Both the position numbers and the translations under genes were made by a program. From Alphaproteobacteria bacterium (GTDB lineage: Bacteria; Pseudomonadota; Alphaproteobacteria; CACIAM-22H2), in assembly GCA_041690495.1 (NCBI GenBank), contig JAWLHE010000004.1, positions 341,730 through 405,729 on the forward strand: 64,000 nucleotides of DNA. Direction: 5' to 3'. This document shows, in pieces, positions 9,634 to 18,924 of the stretch (positions are counted from its first letter, which is position 1; each line of letters opens with the position of its first letter). The notes beneath the pieces were generated by a model that saw nothing but the letters and a program-made list of their open reading frames with translations, was not told the DNA's origin and made no database searches.

Positions 9634-10856
9634 GCGCTCTCCTTGGTCGCCGCGACCGCGCCGCCGTCGACGAGTGCGGCGATCGCGGCATCGTCGTAAC
9701 CCAGGCCGCGGAGCACCTCGATGGTATGCTCGCCGAACCGCGGCGCGCCGCGCCGCACTGCCGCCGGCGTCGCGGACAGCTTGACCGGCGCGCCGATGGT
9801 TTCGACCGGACCGACGCCGCCGTGCTCGACGCGCACGACCATGTCGCGGGCGCGGACTTGCGGGTCGGCATGCATCTCGGCGACCGACAGCACAGGGCCG
9901 GCCGGCACGCCGGCGGCCTCGAGCCGCGCCAGCCACTCCGCAGCGGGGCGCGTCCGGAACTTCTCGTCGAGGAGGGCCGTCAGCGCCGTGAGATTGGCCA
10001 TGCGGTCGGCATTGGTCCTGAAGCGAGGATCGCTCTTGAGCGCCTCGCCGCCGATCGCATCCGCGAGCTTTTCCCAGTTCCTCTGGTTGGCGGCGCCGAC
10101 ATTGATCCAGCCGTCCGCCGCCGGAAACGCCTGATAGGGCGCGTTGAGCGGATGGGCCGAGCCCATCGGGCCGGGCGGCACGCCGGTCGCAAGGCAGATC
10201 GCCGACTGCCAGTAGGTATGAACGATGCCGGCCTCGAACAGCGACGTGTCGACGACCTGGCCTTCGCCGGTCTTGAGGCGGTGGACATAGGCCGCGAGCA
10301 CGCCCATCGCGGCAAGGATGCCGGCGGTAATGTCCGTTACGGGTGCGCCGACCTTGACCGGCGGGCGTCCAGGCCCCTCGCCGGTGATGCTCATGAGCCC
10401 GCTCATGCCCTGCGCGATCAGGTCGAACCCGCCGCGGTCCGCATACGGTCCGGTGCGACCGAAACCGGATACGGCGCAGTAGATCAGGCCGGGATTGTCC
10501 TGTCTCAGGGAGTCGTAGCCGAGCCCGAGCCGCTCCATTGTGCCGCGGCGGTGATTCTCGATCAGCACGTCGGCGTTGCGCAGCAGCCGGCGCATGGCCT
10601 CGATGCCACCGGGATTCTTCAGATCGACGGCAATGCCGCGCTTGTTGCGGTTCATCATCATGAACGCCGCGGATTCGTCGCCGATCCTCGGCGGCACCAT
10701 GCGGCGGGTGTCATCCCCGCCGGGGATCTTCTCGACCTTGATCACGTCGGCACCGAGATCGGCGAGCATAAGGCCGCAGACCGGGCCCGCCATGATATGC
10801 GCAAGCTCGACGACCCTGACGCCGGCGAGCGGGCCGGTTGCGCGCGTCGTGCTCAT
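9609..10856 (-). CDS. CoA transferase, family III (CaiB/BaiF)
   Basis: 415 aa. GVRVVELAHIMAGPVCGLMLADLGADVIKVE is the hallmark N-terminus of family III CoA-transferases. There is an ATGA overlap with the upstream crotonase. Confidence 0.85.
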   Translation of the reverse strand: MSTTRATGPLAGVRVVELAHIMAGPVCGLMLADLGADVIKVEKIPGGDDTRRMVPPRIGDESAAFMMMNRNKRGIAVDLKNPGGIEAMRRLLRNADVLIENHRRGTMERLGLGYDSLRQDNPGLIYCAVSGFGRTGPYADRGGFDLIAQGMSGLMSITGEGPGRPPVKVGAPVTDITAGILAAMGVLAAYVHRLKTGEGQVVDTSLFEAGIVHTYWQSAICLATGVPPGPMGSAHPLNAPYQAFPAADGWINVGAANQRNWEKLADAIGGEALKSDPRFRTNADRMANLTALTALLDEKFRTRPAAEWLARLEAAGVPAGPVLSVAEMHADPQVRARDMVVRVEHGGVGPVETIGAPVKLSATPAAVRRGAPRFGEHTIEVLRGLGYDDAAIAALVDGGAVAATKESACATTRKT

Positions 10857-11653
10857 CAGCGCCCCTTGAACTCCGGCTTCCGCTTGGCAAGGAACGCAGC
10901 GACACCGGTCCTGAAGTCGTCGGTGTCATAGCAGGCATAGTTCTCCTCGACATCGGCGCGGGTCAGCGTCCCGCCGGACTCGAGGCGACGGATGAATCGC
11001 TTGTGCCAGCGGTTGACCAGCGGCGCCCCGTCGGCGATGCGCCGGGCCGTGGCGTACGTTTCCTCCTCGACCCTGTCATCGGAAACGACGCGTGTGACCA
11101 GCCCTTTCGCATAAGCTTCGTCTGCTCCGAGAATGCGTCCCTCGAGCAGGATCTCGAGAGCAACGGCGCGGCCGACGAGCGCCAGGAGCCCCTTCAACTC
11201 GGGATAGGCGATGGTGAATCCCAGCCGGTTGATCGGGATGCCGAAACGGCTGGAGACGCCGCAGATGCGCAGGTCGCATACCGATGCGATCTCGAGCCCG
11301 CCGCCGACGCAAGCACCGCGGATCATGGCGATGACCGGATGCGGGCAGCCGACGATCCCGCTGGTCGCGATATTGACGATCTCGTCATAGGCCTGGCACT
11401 GCGCGGCGGTCGCGCGCTCGCTCTTGAACTCCGAGATGTCGGCGCCGGCGGCGAACGCCTGCTCGCCCGCCCCGCGGATCACGATGCAACGCACCGAACC
11501 GTCGGCGCCGAGATCCTGCATGACCGCGCCGAGCCGCTTCCATGCCGGAAGGTTGAGCGCGTTCAGCTTGTCCGGGCGGTTGAGAGTGACGGTGACGATC
11601 GCGTCGTCGCGCCGCACCAGGATTGCTTCGGCCGTAGCCGCACCGTCGTCCAT
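10856..11653 (-). CDS. enoyl-CoA hydratase/isomerase (crotonase) family protein
   Basis: 265 aa with crotonase-fold motifs (LNRPDKLNAL, AFAAGADI, GGGLEIA). An AAGGAGA RBS precedes it. Confidence 0.85.
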   Translation of the reverse strand: MDDGAATAEAILVRRDDAIVTVTLNRPDKLNALNLPAWKRLGAVMQDLGADGSVRCIVIRGAGEQAFAAGADISEFKSERATAAQCQAYDEIVNIATSGIVGCPHPVIAMIRGACVGGGLEIASVCDLRICGVSSRFGIPINRLGFTIAYPELKGLLALVGRAVALEILLEGRILGADEAYAKGLVTRVVSDDRVEEETYATARRIADGAPLVNRWHKRFIRRLESGGTLTRADVEENYACYDTDDFRTGVAAFLAKRKPEFKGR

Positions 11654-11812
11654 GCATCTCCTTCGCCGGACGAAGCTGTTCGGCCGGCCGGACTGGGCTT
11701 AAACGATCGGGCCGCATGCGGTCAATCGCAGATGCTTGAGCCGGTCCGCCCGGCAGCGCGGCGCTGCCGAGGCGGCTATTCCCGTCCGGCTGCCATCCGC
11801 AAATCGTCGCGG

Positions 11813-12328
11813 TCAGGTTTCAGTGCTGGGATGGGCGAAGTGGGCCGGCGCGTCGCCGGGCGCGTCCTTGGGCGGCAGCGCAGGCTGCGGCAGCGGATAG
11901 AATTTCGGCTTCTGATTGTCCCAGCTGCGCTCGAACGGCAGCCGCATGCCCAGCCCGGTGCCCTGCTGCTCGGCCTCGCGGCGCGCGTCCTGGAGCTGCT
12001 TCGCGAGCTCGAGGCTCCAGGGCAGCATATAGGCGCGCGGCTCGGGAATATCGGGCATCTGCAGCCAGACGTATATCGCCTCGCCTTCCCGGACGGTTGC
12101 CCCCAGTACGTTCGCCTCTTCCGTCGAGGCGCGGATCCATTCGAGCGATACCGGCTTGGGCTTCGAAAGCAGGGTGGCAAAGCTCGCATAGCTCAGCGGC
12201 ACGAAGATGGCCGCGACCGCGAGTGCCGCCGACCGGACCGCCACCTTGCGCGGCGCCCAGATGCTGATGCTGGTGAGCACGCAGGCGACGGCGAGCGCAC
12301 CGCCGGCGAAATAGGTCAGGTCGTTCAT
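11813..12328 (-). CDS. hypothetical membrane protein (2 N-terminal TM helices plus about 115 aa soluble domain), third gene of MotA/ExbB-like operon
   Basis: 171 aa ORF lying 10 bp after the ExbD-like gene. Hydrophobic segments are at residues 6-26 and 33-53. No recognisable motif. Confidence 0.5.
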   Translation of the reverse strand: MNDLTYFAGGALAVACVLTSISIWAPRKVAVRSAALAVAAIFVPLSYASFATLLSKPKPVSLEWIRASTEEANVLGATVREGEAIYVWLQMPDIPEPRAYMLPWSLELAKQLQDARREAEQQGTGLGMRLPFERSWDNQKPKFYPLPQPALPPKDAPGDAPAHFAHPSTET

Positions 12329-12338
12329 GAGCCGACCG

Positions 12339-12953
12339 TCAGCGCTTGACCGCTGCCGAGCGCAGCGGCTTGTAGAGATTGTGCACGCTGTCCGACTTCA
12401 GCCGGCCGTTCTGGTCGAGTGCGAAGCGGAAACCGGTCAGCTCCTCGCCTTCGCGCCGCAGGGTCATCTTCGTGGTCAGCAGCGGCCGGGCGCTCGCCTG
12501 CGCCGTCGGCTTGGTGCTGACGGTCATCGTTACGTCGACCGGCTGTCCGTTCGGATTCCTGTAGAGATGGACGTTGGCCGTATACTCGCCCGGCGGCAGC
12601 CCGCGACTGAACGAGATTTCGTGGTTCTGGGTGGTCGGATCGCCGACCCGGCCGAGATCGTCGCGCAGCAGATTGAAGATCGCGCCGCCCTTGTTCGAGT
12701 AGCCGACCGGCACGTCCCCTGGCGCCTGGACCCACAGGTCGATGTCGGAATCGTGACCCTCCGGCCAACGGACCTCGACGATTACGTTGCCCGGTGCGGC
12801 GACGCTTTCGACGGCGTTCGCCTGTGCCGGCGGGTTCAGATGCGGCAGCAGCAGGACGACGATGGCAACGAAGCCGCACAGCGCCAATGTGATGACGTCG
12901 CGGAAGACCGTGCCGCTGTCGTCGTCGTCACCGAAGAGGTCATTGTTCGACAT
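12339..12953 (-). CDS. ExbD/TolR/MotB-like single-pass membrane protein with divergent periplasmic domain
   Basis: 204 aa with a short cytoplasmic N-terminus then a TM helix RDVITLALCGFVAIVVLLL. An Asp sits at the cytoplasmic edge in the same pattern as ExbD/TolR (IDVMLVLL). It overlaps the MotA-like gene by 14 bp. Confidence 0.55.
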   Translation of the reverse strand: MSNNDLFGDDDDSGTVFRDVITLALCGFVAIVVLLLPHLNPPAQANAVESVAAPGNVIVEVRWPEGHDSDIDLWVQAPGDVPVGYSNKGGAIFNLLRDDLGRVGDPTTQNHEISFSRGLPPGEYTANVHLYRNPNGQPVDVTMTVSTKPTAQASARPLLTTKMTLRREGEELTGFRFALDQNGRLKSDSVHNLYKPLRSAAVKR

Positions 12954-13692
12954 CGGCCTCTCCGCGCTCGATGATCGCGGTGACCAGCCGCATCGTGCCG
13001 GACACCAGCACGTGATGGCAGACCATCAGCCAGATGTTGAGCACGGCGCCGACGAGCGTCGTGTAGAGAGCGACCGACATGCCGAGGATCAGCTTCGAGA
13101 TCATCGGCGAGATCGCCTTCGCATCCGCCGCGCCGTCCGGCTTGACGCCGGACAGGGCGATGATGAAACCGACCACGGTGCCGATCAGGCCGAGAATGAC
13201 GAGCGTTCCGGCAATATGGCGAACGATCGCAGTACGCACCATCAGCTTCGATTTCAGGGTTGCCGCGAGCAGCGCACGGCTGTCCCCCTGACGGCCGCGG
13301 ATTTGCGCAAGGTACTGGCCTGCACGCGAGTTGGGCGACGGCCATTTGGCATGCGCCTCGTTCAGCTCCCAGCTGACGCGGATCACCTGCATCGTGCAGA
13401 TAAACAGGCCCGCGAGAAAGACGCCGGCGATGGCGGTGCACAGATGAGTAGGATCGGCGGCGCCGATCGTATCGATCCAGCCGTGCAGATGGGCAGCCGT
13501 CAATGCCGCGCAGGCAGCAAGGTTGATCAACCCGAACCGGAACAGCAAAAGATAGTCGTAGGCATAGCCCTTGACCGGCTTGAACGCCTGACGAACCCTT
13601 TCCTGCTGCGCGTGGACGTCGAGGCCGGCAGCCGCAGTTGCGCCGCTCGCCGGGGCAGGAGACTGCCGCCACCGTGTCGGATCGAATGCCAT
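12940..13692 (-). CDS. MotA/TolQ/ExbB proton-channel family protein
   Basis: 250 aa with 4 hydrophobic segments. The conserved C-terminal channel motifs LGLIGTVVGFIIAL and ALYTTLVGAVLNIW are present. A GGGGAG RBS precedes it. Confidence 0.75.
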   Translation of the reverse strand: MAFDPTRWRQSPAPASGATAAAGLDVHAQQERVRQAFKPVKGYAYDYLLLFRFGLINLAACAALTAAHLHGWIDTIGAADPTHLCTAIAGVFLAGLFICTMQVIRVSWELNEAHAKWPSPNSRAGQYLAQIRGRQGDSRALLAATLKSKLMVRTAIVRHIAGTLVILGLIGTVVGFIIALSGVKPDGAADAKAISPMISKLILGMSVALYTTLVGAVLNIWLMVCHHVLVSGTMRLVTAIIERGEADVEQ

Positions 13693-13737
13693 GCCAAATC
13701 TCCCCGGACTGATCCGAGGTGTAGTTAACGCCCGGTA

Positions 13738-13770
13738 GGCTTAAGGTCGGCTTAAAGCTTGGCTAATTTT
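13738..13770. promoter_or_regulatory. tandem GGCTTAA-type direct repeats (GGCTTAAGGTC GGCTTAAAGCTT GGCTAATTTT) in the promoter region of the MotA/ExbB-like operon
   Basis: Read directly. They sit 45-80 bp upstream of the MotA-like start codon on the coding (minus) side. Confidence 0.3.
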
Positions 13771-13805
13771 GCGTAAATGCCGCACGCGCCGTCTCCGGCC
13801 CTGCT

Positions 13806-15089
13806 TCATCGATAGAACAGCTCGGGCAGGAAGAGCGGAATCGCGGGGATGTAGGTGCAGATCAGCAGCACGGCGAGCAGCACGCCGACGAACCAGACAT
13901 TGACGCGCGTCACTTCCCAGATGTCTGCCTTGGCGATCGCGCAGGCGGTCATCAGCACGCTGGCCACCGGCGGCGTCTGCTGGCCTATGCCGAGATTGAT
14001 GGTCACGACCAGACCGAAATGGACGGGATCGATCCCGACCGAATTGACCAGCGGCATGACGACCGGAACCGTCAGGATGATCGCGGCGGCGGAATGCAGG
14101 AACAGCCCGAGCACCAGGAAGAGCACGTTGAGCAGCGCGAGCACGACCCATTTGTTGCTGGTCCAGCCGGCGATCGTCGTGGCGAGCTGCTGCGGCGCCT
14201 GCATCTCGGTCAGATAGGTGCCGACCAGGGTCGACGTGCCGACCAGGAGCATGACGACCGCGGTCTGCAGGCCGCCCTCGATGATCGCTTCCTTCAGGTG
14301 CCGGAGATTTAGCTCGCGATAGATGAAGAGCCCGATGAACAGCGCCGCGAGCACCGCCATGCAGGCACCTTCGGTCGCGGTGACGATGCCGCCGAAGATG
14401 GTGCCGAGGATGACGACCGGCAGAAAGAAGGCCCAGAACGCCTCGCGGAAGGTGCGGCGGATCTCCGCCAGGTTGAAGGCCTGCTCGACCGGCAGGTTGT
14501 AGATCCGCGCAAACCGGTAGGCCATCAGCATCAGGCCGATTCCGCCGATCAGGCCTGGAACGAGACCGGCGACGAACAGCTGCACGACCGATGTGTCAGC
14601 CATCACCGCATAAAGAATCATGGGGATCGACGGTGGAATTATGACGGCGAGCGTCGCGGACGAGGAAATGACCGATGTCGCCAGCGGCAACGGGTAGCCC
14701 TTCTTCTTCATCGCCGGGATGAGGATTGAACCGAGGGCAGCCACATCGGCGACGGCCGAGCCGGAGATCTCCGCGAAGAAGAGCGATGCGCCGATCGACA
14801 CCATCGCAAGCCCGCCGCGGATGAATCCAAGGATCGCCGAGGCAAACGCGATCAGCCGCTGCGAGATGCCCGAAGCGTTCATGATCGCGCCGGCGAGGAT
14901 AAAGAGCGGGATCGCGATCAGCGGGAAATTCGTGGCCCCGTTGTACATGCCGACCGCGATGTTCGGCAGCATCTCCGGCCCTTGCGTCAGCACGATCGCG
15001 CCGAGGGCGACAATCCCCAGGCCGACCGCGATCGGGACATTGATCAGTGTGATGGCCAGCAGGACCAGGAAGATGAGGAGGATTGCCAT
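13806..15089 (-). CDS. dctM: TRAP transporter large permease DctM (second system)
   Basis: Internal ATG MAILLIFLVLLAITL. Polytopic DctM-like sequence. Confidence 0.85.
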   Translation of the reverse strand: MAILLIFLVLLAITLINVPIAVGLGIVALGAIVLTQGPEMLPNIAVGMYNGATNFPLIAIPLFILAGAIMNASGISQRLIAFASAILGFIRGGLAMVSIGASLFFAEISGSAVADVAALGSILIPAMKKKGYPLPLATSVISSSATLAVIIPPSIPMILYAVMADTSVVQLFVAGLVPGLIGGIGLMLMAYRFARIYNLPVEQAFNLAEIRRTFREAFWAFFLPVVILGTIFGGIVTATEGACMAVLAALFIGLFIYRELNLRHLKEAIIEGGLQTAVVMLLVGTSTLVGTYLTEMQAPQQLATTIAGWTSNKWVVLALLNVLFLVLGLFLHSAAAIILTVPVVMPLVNSVGIDPVHFGLVVTINLGIGQQTPPVASVLMTACAIAKADIWEVTRVNVWFVGVLLAVLLICTYIPAIPLFLPELFYR

Positions 15090-15093
15090 GGCC

Positions 15094-15618
15094 CTACTCC
15101 GTCGCGGCGATTTCGGCGTTGGGATCGACCTTGCGCTCCTGACCGTGCGACATCGTCTTGCGCCATGCATCGGGCAGGCTGAGCGCCTCCGCGATGATGA
15201 ACAGAACGGCGCCGATCGGGATCACGGACTGCGCGACCTGCTCCGGCACGTCGGGCAGGCTGACCAGGGTCGAGCCTTCGAGGATCTGCAGAACCTCCCA
15301 GCCGATCCAGGCGGTGAGCACGAAGAAACCGAAGACGAGGATCTCCGCGACCACGAAGAGGACGGCCCGGATATTGTGCGGCAGCATCCGCATGACTTCC
15401 GGCACGCCGATATGGGCGCGCTTGAGGGCGCCGAGCGCGGCACCATAATAGGTGAGCCAGGCGAGGCCGATCGAGGCGACCTCGTCGTACCAGACCAGCG
15501 CCGCCCCGGCGGTCCGGTAGACGATGCCGAGCGTGACGACCACCGCCATGGCGACCATCAGCACGATGACGACCGCCTCAAGCAGCCACTCGAAGGCGCG
15601 TTTAGCTGACGCGAGCAA
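15094..15618 (-). CDS. dctQ: TRAP transporter small permease DctQ (second system)
   Basis: 174 aa, 4 TM, between dctP and dctM. Confidence 0.8.
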   Translation of the reverse strand: MLASAKRAFEWLLEAVVIVLMVAMAVVVTLGIVYRTAGAALVWYDEVASIGLAWLTYYGAALGALKRAHIGVPEVMRMLPHNIRAVLFVVAEILVFGFFVLTAWIGWEVLQILEGSTLVSLPDVPEQVAQSVIPIGAVLFIIAEALSLPDAWRKTMSHGQERKVDPNAEIAATE

Positions 15619-15716
15619 GAATCCCCCTCCGGCGTTCCGGCCAAAGCCGCTTTCGATCGGCCAAATTCAAGAAGCGCGCCCGGCACACACCGGACGCGCT
15701 TCTCGCAACGCAACGA

Positions 15717-16706
15717 TCAGGACGCGGCGCCGAGCTGCAGCGCCTTGTCGATCAACGCCTTCGCGGACGGCACTTCATTCGAGAACGCCTCGTAGATCGA
15801 CTTGCTGGCCTTGACGAACGCGTCCTTGTTCGCCTCGTTGACCTGCATGCCGGCAGCCTTGAGCTTGTTGAGGAGATCCGTCTCCTCCTTCGCCGCGGTC
15901 GCGTAGACGAAGGATTGCGTTTCCCTCGCCGTCTCCTCGAGGATCTTGCGGACATCCTCGGGCAGGCTGCCGAACTTGCGCGCGCCGACCGTCACATAGG
16001 CGGGCGTATAGACGTGACCCGTCAGCGACAGATACTTCTGCACCTCCTGGAACTTCGCGCTGTAGATCTGGGTGAACGGGTTTTCCTGCCCGTCCATGAC
16101 GCCCGTCTGCAGGGCGACGAACACCTCGGAGAACTTCATGGGGCTCGGGTTCGCGCCATAGGCCTGGAACATCTTGACGCGCCACTTGCCCTCGGGCGTG
16201 CGCAGCTTGATGCCCTTGAGATCGTCGGGGCCGACGATCGGGTGCTTGCTGTTGGTGATGTGGCGGAAGCCGTTTTCCCACACCGCAAGGATCTTGAGAG
16301 CCTTCTTCTCGGCTGCGGGCGCCAGGGCCGGCCAGAACACGTCCTTCTCGATGCGGCTCATGTGCTTGCGGTCCTTAACGAGATACGGCATCTCGAACAT
16401 GCCGAACACGTCGACCTCCGACGACATGACCGTCGACGGCAGCGCCATGTCCACGGTGCCGAGTTTCAACTTCTGGATGAGCTCCTTGTCGCCGCCGAGC
16501 TGGCTGGAGCCGAACACGACCACCTTGCCCTTCGAGCCCAGCTTCGCGTTGGCGCGCTTGGCGAATTCCTCCGCCGACTGGGCGAAGAGCGATCCAGGCT
16601 CGCCAACATGGCCAAATTTTATTTCAACTTGCGCGAAAGCCGCGCCGGCCAGACCGGCCGACACGACGGCGGCCAGGAAGCCTGTAAGTAGCCTCAATCG
16701 TTTCAT
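15717..16706 (-). CDS. dctP: TRAP transporter solute-binding protein DctP (second system)
   Basis: Internal ATG MKRLRLLTGFLAAVVSAGLAGAAFA (signal peptide) with a GGAGGA RBS. DctP-family sequence. Confidence 0.85.
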   Translation of the reverse strand: MKRLRLLTGFLAAVVSAGLAGAAFAQVEIKFGHVGEPGSLFAQSAEEFAKRANAKLGSKGKVVVFGSSQLGGDKELIQKLKLGTVDMALPSTVMSSEVDVFGMFEMPYLVKDRKHMSRIEKDVFWPALAPAAEKKALKILAVWENGFRHITNSKHPIVGPDDLKGIKLRTPEGKWRVKMFQAYGANPSPMKFSEVFVALQTGVMDGQENPFTQIYSAKFQEVQKYLSLTGHVYTPAYVTVGARKFGSLPEDVRKILEETARETQSFVYATAAKEETDLLNKLKAAGMQVNEANKDAFVKASKSIYEAFSNEVPSAKALIDKALQLGAAS

Positions 16707-16909
16707 CGCGCTCCTCCTTGGGTTGAGATCTGGCCCGGTCCGGCCATTCCGTGATTCCAGCGGCATGATGCCTTCCCCATTGCCCCGAAGCAAGGCAGCT
16801 CGCGGCCTTGCGCCGCATCCACGCCCCTGTAACGCACCAATAATCGGGCGCGTCCGTTTCGGGAAAGCGGAATTGCCTGTATCCTCGGGCGGAAGCAAAA
16901 GAGGAAGTC

Positions 16910-17602
16910 ATGTTCGCCATTCGCCCGGCCGCGGAACGCGGCCGCACGCATATCGACTGGCTCGACAGCCGGCACAGCTTCTCGTTCGGCGAGTACATGG
17001 ATCCGCGGCACATGGGGTTCCGGGCGCTGCGGGTGATCAACGAGGACCGTGTCGCGCCGGGCGCCGGATTTCCAACCCATGCCCATCGCGACATGGAGAT
17101 CGTCACCTACGTCCTCGACGGCGCGCTGGAGCACAAGGACAGCCTTGGCAACGGCTCGGTGATCCGGCCTGGCGAGGTGCAACGCATGAGCGCCGGCACC
17201 GGCATCCGCCACAGCGAATTCAACAACTCGAAGAGCGCGCCCGTGCACTTCCTGCAGATCTGGATTCTGCCCGAACGGCAGGGCCTGCCGGCAGGTTACG
17301 AGCAGAAGAGCTTCGAGCACAGTCCGGGCAGGCTGCAGCTGATCGGCTCGCGCGACGGCCGCGACGGCTCCGTCACCATCCACCAGGACATGGATCTCCA
17401 TTGCGGCATGCTGCGCCGAGGCGACCGGATCGAGCACGGGTTGCGCCGCGGCCGCTACGCCTGGATCCAGGTCGCGCGGGGCGCCGTGTCGCTGAACGGC
17501 CAGGATCTGCAGCAGGGCGACGGCGCGGCGGTCGGCGGAGAGGAGCGCCTTGCGCTCGTAGCCGGGAAGGATGCCGAGATCATCCTGTTCGAGCTGGGAT
17601 AA
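16910..17602 (+). CDS. pirin family protein
   Basis: 230 aa with the cupin/pirin N-terminus RHSFSFGEYMDP...GFPTHAHRDMEIVTYVLDG. Confidence 0.85.
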   Translation: MFAIRPAAERGRTHIDWLDSRHSFSFGEYMDPRHMGFRALRVINEDRVAPGAGFPTHAHRDMEIVTYVLDGALEHKDSLGNGSVIRPGEVQRMSAGTGIRHSEFNNSKSAPVHFLQIWILPERQGLPAGYEQKSFEHSPGRLQLIGSRDGRDGSVTIHQDMDLHCGMLRRGDRIEHGLRRGRYAWIQVARGAVSLNGQDLQQGDGAAVGGEERLALVAGKDAEIILFELG

Positions 17603-17604
17603 GC

Positions 17605-18924
17605 CTATCGCCTTTGACCGCTCTCTTTCATCAGCAGCACCGCGATGACGCCGGCGATGCTGCTGACGGCGAGCGCGCCGAACGCGAAACGATACGCCTC
17701 CGCCGAGTAGATCCGCGCGCCGCCGCCCAGGGCTCCGTCCCACCGGAGATCGAGCAGCAGGCCGATCAGCGGCTGAAAGATCGCGCCGCTGCCGACCACC
17801 GCGACATTGACCAGCGCCATCGCCGTGCTGCTCATTCCCGGCGGGTTGTGCTCGCGCACGCTGGCGAAGGCGAGCACCATCCCGGACGCTGTAATGCCAT
17901 GCAGCGCGATCAGCGCCGTGAGCAGCGCCAGCGGCAACTGCGGAAGATAGATCACCGCGATGAATGAAACCGCTGCGACGATCGCGCATCCGACCATGAT
18001 CGGCTTGCGCGCACCCAGGCGGTCCGAAAGCCAGCCGGCCAGCGGCGCGCCAACCGCCCAGCTGACGAAGATAGAGGAGATGACCGTCGCGGCGGTGGCG
18101 CGTTCGAGACCATAGACCGTGGTCAGGTAAGGAACGGCCCACAATCCGCCGAAGCCGAGCATGGGTGCCGCCATTGCCAGCCCGAACACCGCGTTGAGCC
18201 AGGTCTCGCGATTGCGAAGGAGCACGCGGAGGCTGGCGCCGACACTCACCGAGGAAGCGGCGGCGTGCGGCTTGTCACGCAGCACGAGCCACATCAGGCC
18301 GGCCAGGGCCAATCCGACCGCGCCGACGGCCACCAGGGTGGCGCGCCAGCCAATGCCATCGACGGCGACCGAGACCGGAGCCTGGCCGAAGATAGCGCCG
18401 AACATGCCGAAGGCCTGCGCCAGGCCGGTGTAGAGTGCAAAGCGCGTCGCCGGGAACCACTGCGTCAGGACCGTCAGCACGCCGACCCAGCTGAATGCAG
18501 CGCCGGCACCGATAAGCAGCCGGCCGATATAGGCGCCGGCGAGGTGGTCGCTGGCCGCGAAGATCAGGCTGCCGAACGCCGAGACCGCGGCAGCGCCGGT
18601 CATCAGCCGCCGCGGCCCGATGCGGTCCATCAGCAAACCGACCGGAATCTGCAGGCTGGCATAGGCATAAAAATAGAAAGCCGAGAGATTGCCGAGAATG
18701 GCAGCGCCGACGCCGAAATCGCGCATCAGCTCGCCGACCATGACGCTCGGCGTGACGCGCTGCACGAACGCGTAGCAGAAGAACAGTGCGCCTAGGCCCC
18801 AGGCGAGCAGCGGGCGCCAGGATTCCTCAATCTGTGTTCTTGCTGTCGATGCAGTCACTCTTGCGATCGCGTGTGAGGGCCGTCCGGTGCCGCCGCGGCA
18901 ATGCCAAGCTATTGACATGGGCAA
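17605..18924 (-). CDS. MFS transporter (start uncertain, may be a downstream GTG)
   Basis: 439 aa with 12-TM MFS architecture. A GxLxDRxGxR-like motif (MDRIGPRRL) follows TM2. Confidence 0.75.
   Translation of the reverse strand: MPMSIAWHCRGGTGRPSHAIARVTASTARTQIEESWRPLLAWGLGALFFCYAFVQRVTPSVMVGELMRDFGVGAAILGNLSAFYFYAYASLQIPVGLLMDRIGPRRLMTGAAAVSAFGSLIFAASDHLAGAYIGRLLIGAGAAFSWVGVLTVLTQWFPATRFALYTGLAQAFGMFGAIFGQAPVSVAVDGIGWRATLVAVGAVGLALAGLMWLVLRDKPHAAASSVSVGASLRVLLRNRETWLNAVFGLAMAAPMLGFGGLWAVPYLTTVYGLERATAATVISSIFVSWAVGAPLAGWLSDRLGARKPIMVGCAIVAAVSFIAVIYLPQLPLALLTALIALHGITASGMVLAFASVREHNPPGMSSTAMALVNVAVVGSGAIFQPLIGLLLDLRWDGALGGGARIYSAEAYRFAFGALAVSSIAGVIAVLLMKESGQRR

Noticed and set aside
9212-9871. 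N-terminal 220 codons of ORF 8600..9871 and ORF 9226..9936 upper part (Arg-rich)
   Set aside because: They overlap the SnoaL-like gene on the same strand in other frames. The genuine GNAT starts at MGGAKAQ (9211), and the genuine SnoaL gene starts at 9633 with an RBS.
11694-11711. Additional GGCTTAA copy downstream of the MotA/ExbB-like operon as a possible flanking repeat
   Set aside because: A 7-mer is expected about 4 times by chance in 64 kb at this base composition. This is not enough to call terminal repeats.
14719-15609. 296-aa plus-strand ORF
   Set aside because: Antisense to dctM2/dctQ2.
16174-18142. ORFs 16174..17967+ (597 aa) and 16703..18142- (479 aa)
   Set aside because: They overlap dctP2, the pirin gene and the MFS gene in wrong frames. 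Pro/Arg/Gly-rich junk translations.
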